NCBI GenBank assembly: GCA_003991915.1
Contig: RQTK01000096.1
Location: forward strand, 652,600-678,391
Direction of reading: 5' to 3'
Origin: Elysia chlorotica
Taxonomy: Eukaryota
DNA length: 25,792 bases
Notes under the pieces: model-generated
Database searches by the model: none
What the model saw: only the letters and a program-made list of their open reading frames with translations
Told to the model about the DNA's origin: nothing
Shown: piece by piece, positions 22,200-25,792 of the stretch
How positions within the stretch are numbered: the stretch's first letter is position 1
Layout: each line of letters opens with the position of its first letter
Program-made: the position numbers and the translations under genes

Positions 22200-22951
22200 T
22201 TATTATAATATATATGTATATAGATATTTTGGGTTTCCTCACCCCCCCCTCCCCAAACATTACGTGTGTCTCAATAAAAATATAGTAAAAAAAAAAAACA
22301 TTGAGTCCAAATACGTACAAAATTATCCACAATCAATACCATATATGACAGAATTGTGATATATATGGGTCCAGATTTTGAACTAGATAAACCCAGAGCC
22401 ATTAGTATCATGATAATATATAGATACGATGAAGTTCGTTGACATAGAAAAAAAAAAAGGCCGGTAGTACAAAAGTAGGAACATCGCGACCAGAAGGAAA
22501 TAATTGTTTTTCCAACTCTATCACACAGAAGCCGATACAGAAAAACTAGAGATGCAGCTCCACAGTAATGTTTAACTATTGACTAGAGAGTCTGCAACAA
22601 CATTGTGAATACAACCTTTGCATTTTATTTTTACCAGTGTTTATACCTTACTTCCAACGTAATTATACGAATGAACCAAATTATCATTGATTTCCTGACG
22701 TAATGAACGGAAAATGTGCACGTAGTACCCAACGAGGTTTATGGTCAAATTGGTAAAAACTATGTGTATAATAGATTATTGCTAAGACTTATAAACTTTC
22801 GCTCAGAAAAGATTAGTAAAAAGCTGTGCATCAAAGAGAAAAGGGGGTGTTGGTGTATTTTAGTCCAATTAACAATCTGCTAGAGTCATAAAAAGAATAT
22901 AAATTGCTGCGTTATATTACTCTGGCCATGCCTGCCTTTCTGTGTCAGTAT

Positions 22952-22970
22952 ATGTCTCTCTGTGTGAGTA

Positions 22971-23033
<63 letters not shown>

Positions 23034-23265
23034 GTCTCTCTCTCTCTCTCTGACTGTCTGTCTCTCTCTCTGTCTCTCTCTCTCTCTGTCTCTCTCTGTC
23101 TCGCTCTCTCTCTGTATATAAATATATATATATACAGAGAGAGAGAGAGAGCGATATATATATATATCGGTATGTCTGTCAGTTTCTCTCTCACCCACTC
23201 TCTTCCTTCTCCTCCCTCTCTCTCTATCTCTCTCTCCCTCTCTTTCTATCTCTTTCGTACGTGCA
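22952..23265. repeat. Compound microsatellite (TCTG)n(CT)n - (TA)n - (GA)n - (TA)n plus a CT-rich tail; it is the reverse complement of the (GA)n(CAGA)n repeat type at 376-545
   Basis: Direct reading. (CT)n at 23030-23112 and (GA)n at 23136-23151 are separated by an AT spacer, which gives hairpin potential. Confidence 0.95.
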
Positions 23266-24276
23266 AAATCTGTATCTATGTAAGCAATTTTTTCATTGAG
23301 AATGATTTTATCCGCAAAATAATTGAAACAAAACAAACTGGGCAAAACGTTTTGTTGCGTTTTCAGACACATGCATGTCTTGAATTTATTAGTTTGCTAA
23401 ACGGGAAAAAACACATAAATTAATAAGTCTTTGTTTTACATCATCAACAGCTTTGAACAATTATATATACAGACCCAAAAAGTCTTTATAGATTATAAAA
23501 CTGCTCAAACCATAATTTAAAGGATCAACCTTGATTCAAAATTTATCATTGAATCAGGGTAACACACAGTAGGGTAACACACAGTAATTTTATACAAATC
23601 AGATATTATTTTAATATTAATTTTTTTTAATTAATCTTGTTCAAACCTGGTAATTATTTCGCTTCTCTACAAAGTTATAAACAAGATGTAAAATGTTAAC
23701 AGGCAAAAATTTTTCGGAACATCAAATTAATTAAAACAACAATTATGTTATTAACTATAATATGATTGCATTTTCTTTAAAATTTGACATTGTAAAGGGC
23801 ATCTATTTGTTTTTTGTTTTGTTACATAGATCTCCACATAGATCAATGCAAAACGATGCGAAAAATGTCAAGTTTCAGATGATTATAGATAGAATGTAGG
23901 AGATACAATAATATCATGATATTTGACAATACTCAATGAAACTTAAATGAGACATTGAAAAAAATCCAGTTAGTTAGTATTTTAGAAACTTTGTGAAGAT
24001 AATTATACCAAAAAATGTACCACAATATTGCACCAGCAGATAAACAGCAATATGGACCTCAACCAATTGATTCACAAACTCAAAGACTGGAAGCTCTGGA
24101 ATTAAGCAAAGGAAATGATCATATTAAACTGGGGCATAAAATGTTAATAGAGAATCAATTATTTGAAGAATGATATAGTTTCCAAGTAAAAAGAAAGTTA
24201 ACGATATAAAAATGCGATCTGGCACTTGCCGCAAATTGGTTATACTATAGCATGTTTGTTGTATTGGATGAGCACA

Positions 24277-24424
24277 TCACACTTCGCCTTGGATGAAGAT
24301 TGGATGTGATCCATTGATGTCTTCTAGCTGGACTGAGTTGAAGCTCACAATAAGATCCGTGTGCCCCAGTTTCTTGGGTGTGATGGGTAATGTAGCCATA
24401 AAGGTTCCTTTTGGGCCCACATTT
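24277..24424 (-). CDS. Candidate terminal coding exon of an unidentified gene (...NVGPKGTFMATLPITPKKLGHTDLIVSFNSVQLEDINGSHPIFIQGEV*)
   Basis: A minus-strand acceptor ttttcag|AAATGTGGG is followed by an open frame of 49 codons ending in TGA at 24279..24277. The local GC content is higher than the surrounding AT-rich DNA. No homolog recognised. Confidence 0.3.
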
Positions 24425-25451
24425 CTGAAAAATTTTATATGGTATCATTTTTGGAACAAGGAAAGTACACAATACCAGGGAGATAAATTTAAATAGCATC
24501 GTATACCCAATGAAATAAAATCGAATTTCAAAATAACCATCAGCCGTTAATAATTGTTTAATATGGTGCTATCAACATAACTATGTTAACTTACAATATT
24601 TTCATGGTAGCTGTCATACTGAAGACTAAAACAGTACAAGCAAAGCAAGCTACAAACTATCCCCTAAGACAGTACATCTCCATTCTCTTCTTGTCCCTAA
24701 CTTTCTATACCAATTAGTCACCTACAAAGGGGTGACAAGGCAGATAAGAACGTAAAGAAATATAAGATTTCAATGGCTTCTCTCTTATAAGCTTTTGATT
24801 TACATTAGCCCTACTTTTTGCAATGTTGCTTTTCCTCTTTAAATACCAAATGATCAGAGAGTCCAGCTCAACTAACAGTTAAACAAAGTAAACGCCCAAT
24901 TATCTCAGTGTGTTTGAATTTTAGAATTAAAGTGTTTTGTTGTAATTTTTCCTTTGGGACTTTCTGCTTAATTCTATCTTTGTAGCATTATCTTAAAAAA
25001 TCGTAAGTTACCTCTGTGGAAACTCAAGCAGCTTGCTCAGTCCATCTACGGTTACTGAGCACCTCGTCAATTGACTGTCTAGAGGGTTAGTAAAGGAAAC
25101 TTCCACTTCAAATTCTGCTGCAGCCTTTACCTTTTCTGGAGCCTAATTCAGAAAAAAAAACCAGGGACAGTACATATTAAAAAGCTTTTTTTTTTATAAA
25201 AAAAACATGTTTACAATCATTATAGATCAATATATGAATCGATGCAAATTACAGTCTTATGAAAAAGAGTCCATAATCATATTTTTTTTTCTCTTAAAAT
25301 ACACAGAGTATGTTAATTTGATTAAATAGTGCAGTCAACATTTAAAAGAGAAACGCTGCATTTTACTTTTTAAAGCCTAGAAGGCCTTCCACATTTTTAG
25401 GCGATATATTTTGTCTTTTAATTTACCTTAACTGTTAGATGCGGTTTTCTC

Positions 25452-25568
25452 AATCGGAAGTCGTTTTTACTTGTATGGTGCTGATTAGTTTCCTTGACAA
25501 CTGCCCAAATGCTCATATCAAGCATGCAGCAGTCCTTTAACTTTCCGTCATATTCGGTGTTTGTGATT
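25452..25568 (-). CDS. Candidate internal coding exon (...HIQKVKITNTEYDGKLKDCCMLDMSIWAVVKETNQHHTS...), possibly from the same unidentified gene
   Basis: Minus-strand acceptor tgttgtatacag|AGCAC and donor ACAAG|gtaaaa flank a stop-free frame. No homolog recognised, and the boundaries are approximate. Confidence 0.2.
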
Positions 25569-25705
25569 TTCACTTTCTGGATGTGCTCTGTATACAACAA
25601 GTTAAAAGATTAAATTATATTTATAATGGACATTTATATTTTTAAAAAGTTCCTGTATATTTTATAAGCAGATTTAAACCGCCGTCTACCATCTTCATTT
25701 TATAA

Positions 25706-25718
25706 GATGATGATGATG

Positions 25719-25792
<74 letters not shown>
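25706..25792. repeat. (GAT)5(AAT)n microsatellite at the window end
   Basis: Direct reading. Confidence 0.95.

Noticed and set aside
21933-22359. ORFs encoding poly-Leu, poly-Tyr and poly-Val
   Set aside because: They are translations of the (TAC)26 / (GCT)n microsatellite.
22886-23423. ORFs with RERDRQTDRQT..., SLSLSL...
   Set aside because: They are translations of the (TCTG)n(CT)n compound microsatellite.
24293-24496. Plus-strand 67-aa ORF (MKIGCDPLMSSSWTELKLTIRS...)
   Set aside because: It is antisense to the better-supported minus-strand candidate exon, which has an acceptor, an open frame to a stop, and a GC bias. There are no splice signals for the plus frame.

Overview
This window is eukaryotic (metazoan) nuclear genomic DNA, not a prokaryotic locus. 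It is AT-rich, CpG-poor, interrupted by GT-AG introns and full of microsatellites. Two protein-coding genes lie in tandem on the minus strand. (1) A complete major vault protein (MVP) gene with 15 coding exons spans about 2463-13198 (857 aa); the exons were rebuilt by hand from ORF fragments and splice-site inspection. (2) Roughly 4 kb upstream of the MVP ATG sits an uninterrupted 631-aa ORF (17318-19213). It encodes a signal peptide, four tandem C-type-lectin-like domains (CTLD) and a C-terminal hydrophobic tail consistent with a GPI anchor. Both genes appear to have a 5'-UTR intron ending a few bases upstream of the ATG. The intergenic and flanking DNA carries tRNA-derived SINE-like repeats (two head-to-tail copies at about 15975-16650 and a tRNA-like fragment at about 21930), long (TAC)n, (GA)n(CAGA)n and (AAT)n microsatellites, a C-run tract with G-quadruplex / i-motif potential (20484-20577), a cluster of palindromic AGATCT repeats, and two candidate exons of an unidentified minus-strand gene near the 3' end of the window. 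The organism is uncertain; MVP is absent from insects and nematodes, so this is probably a marine invertebrate such as a mollusc, echinoderm or cnidarian.
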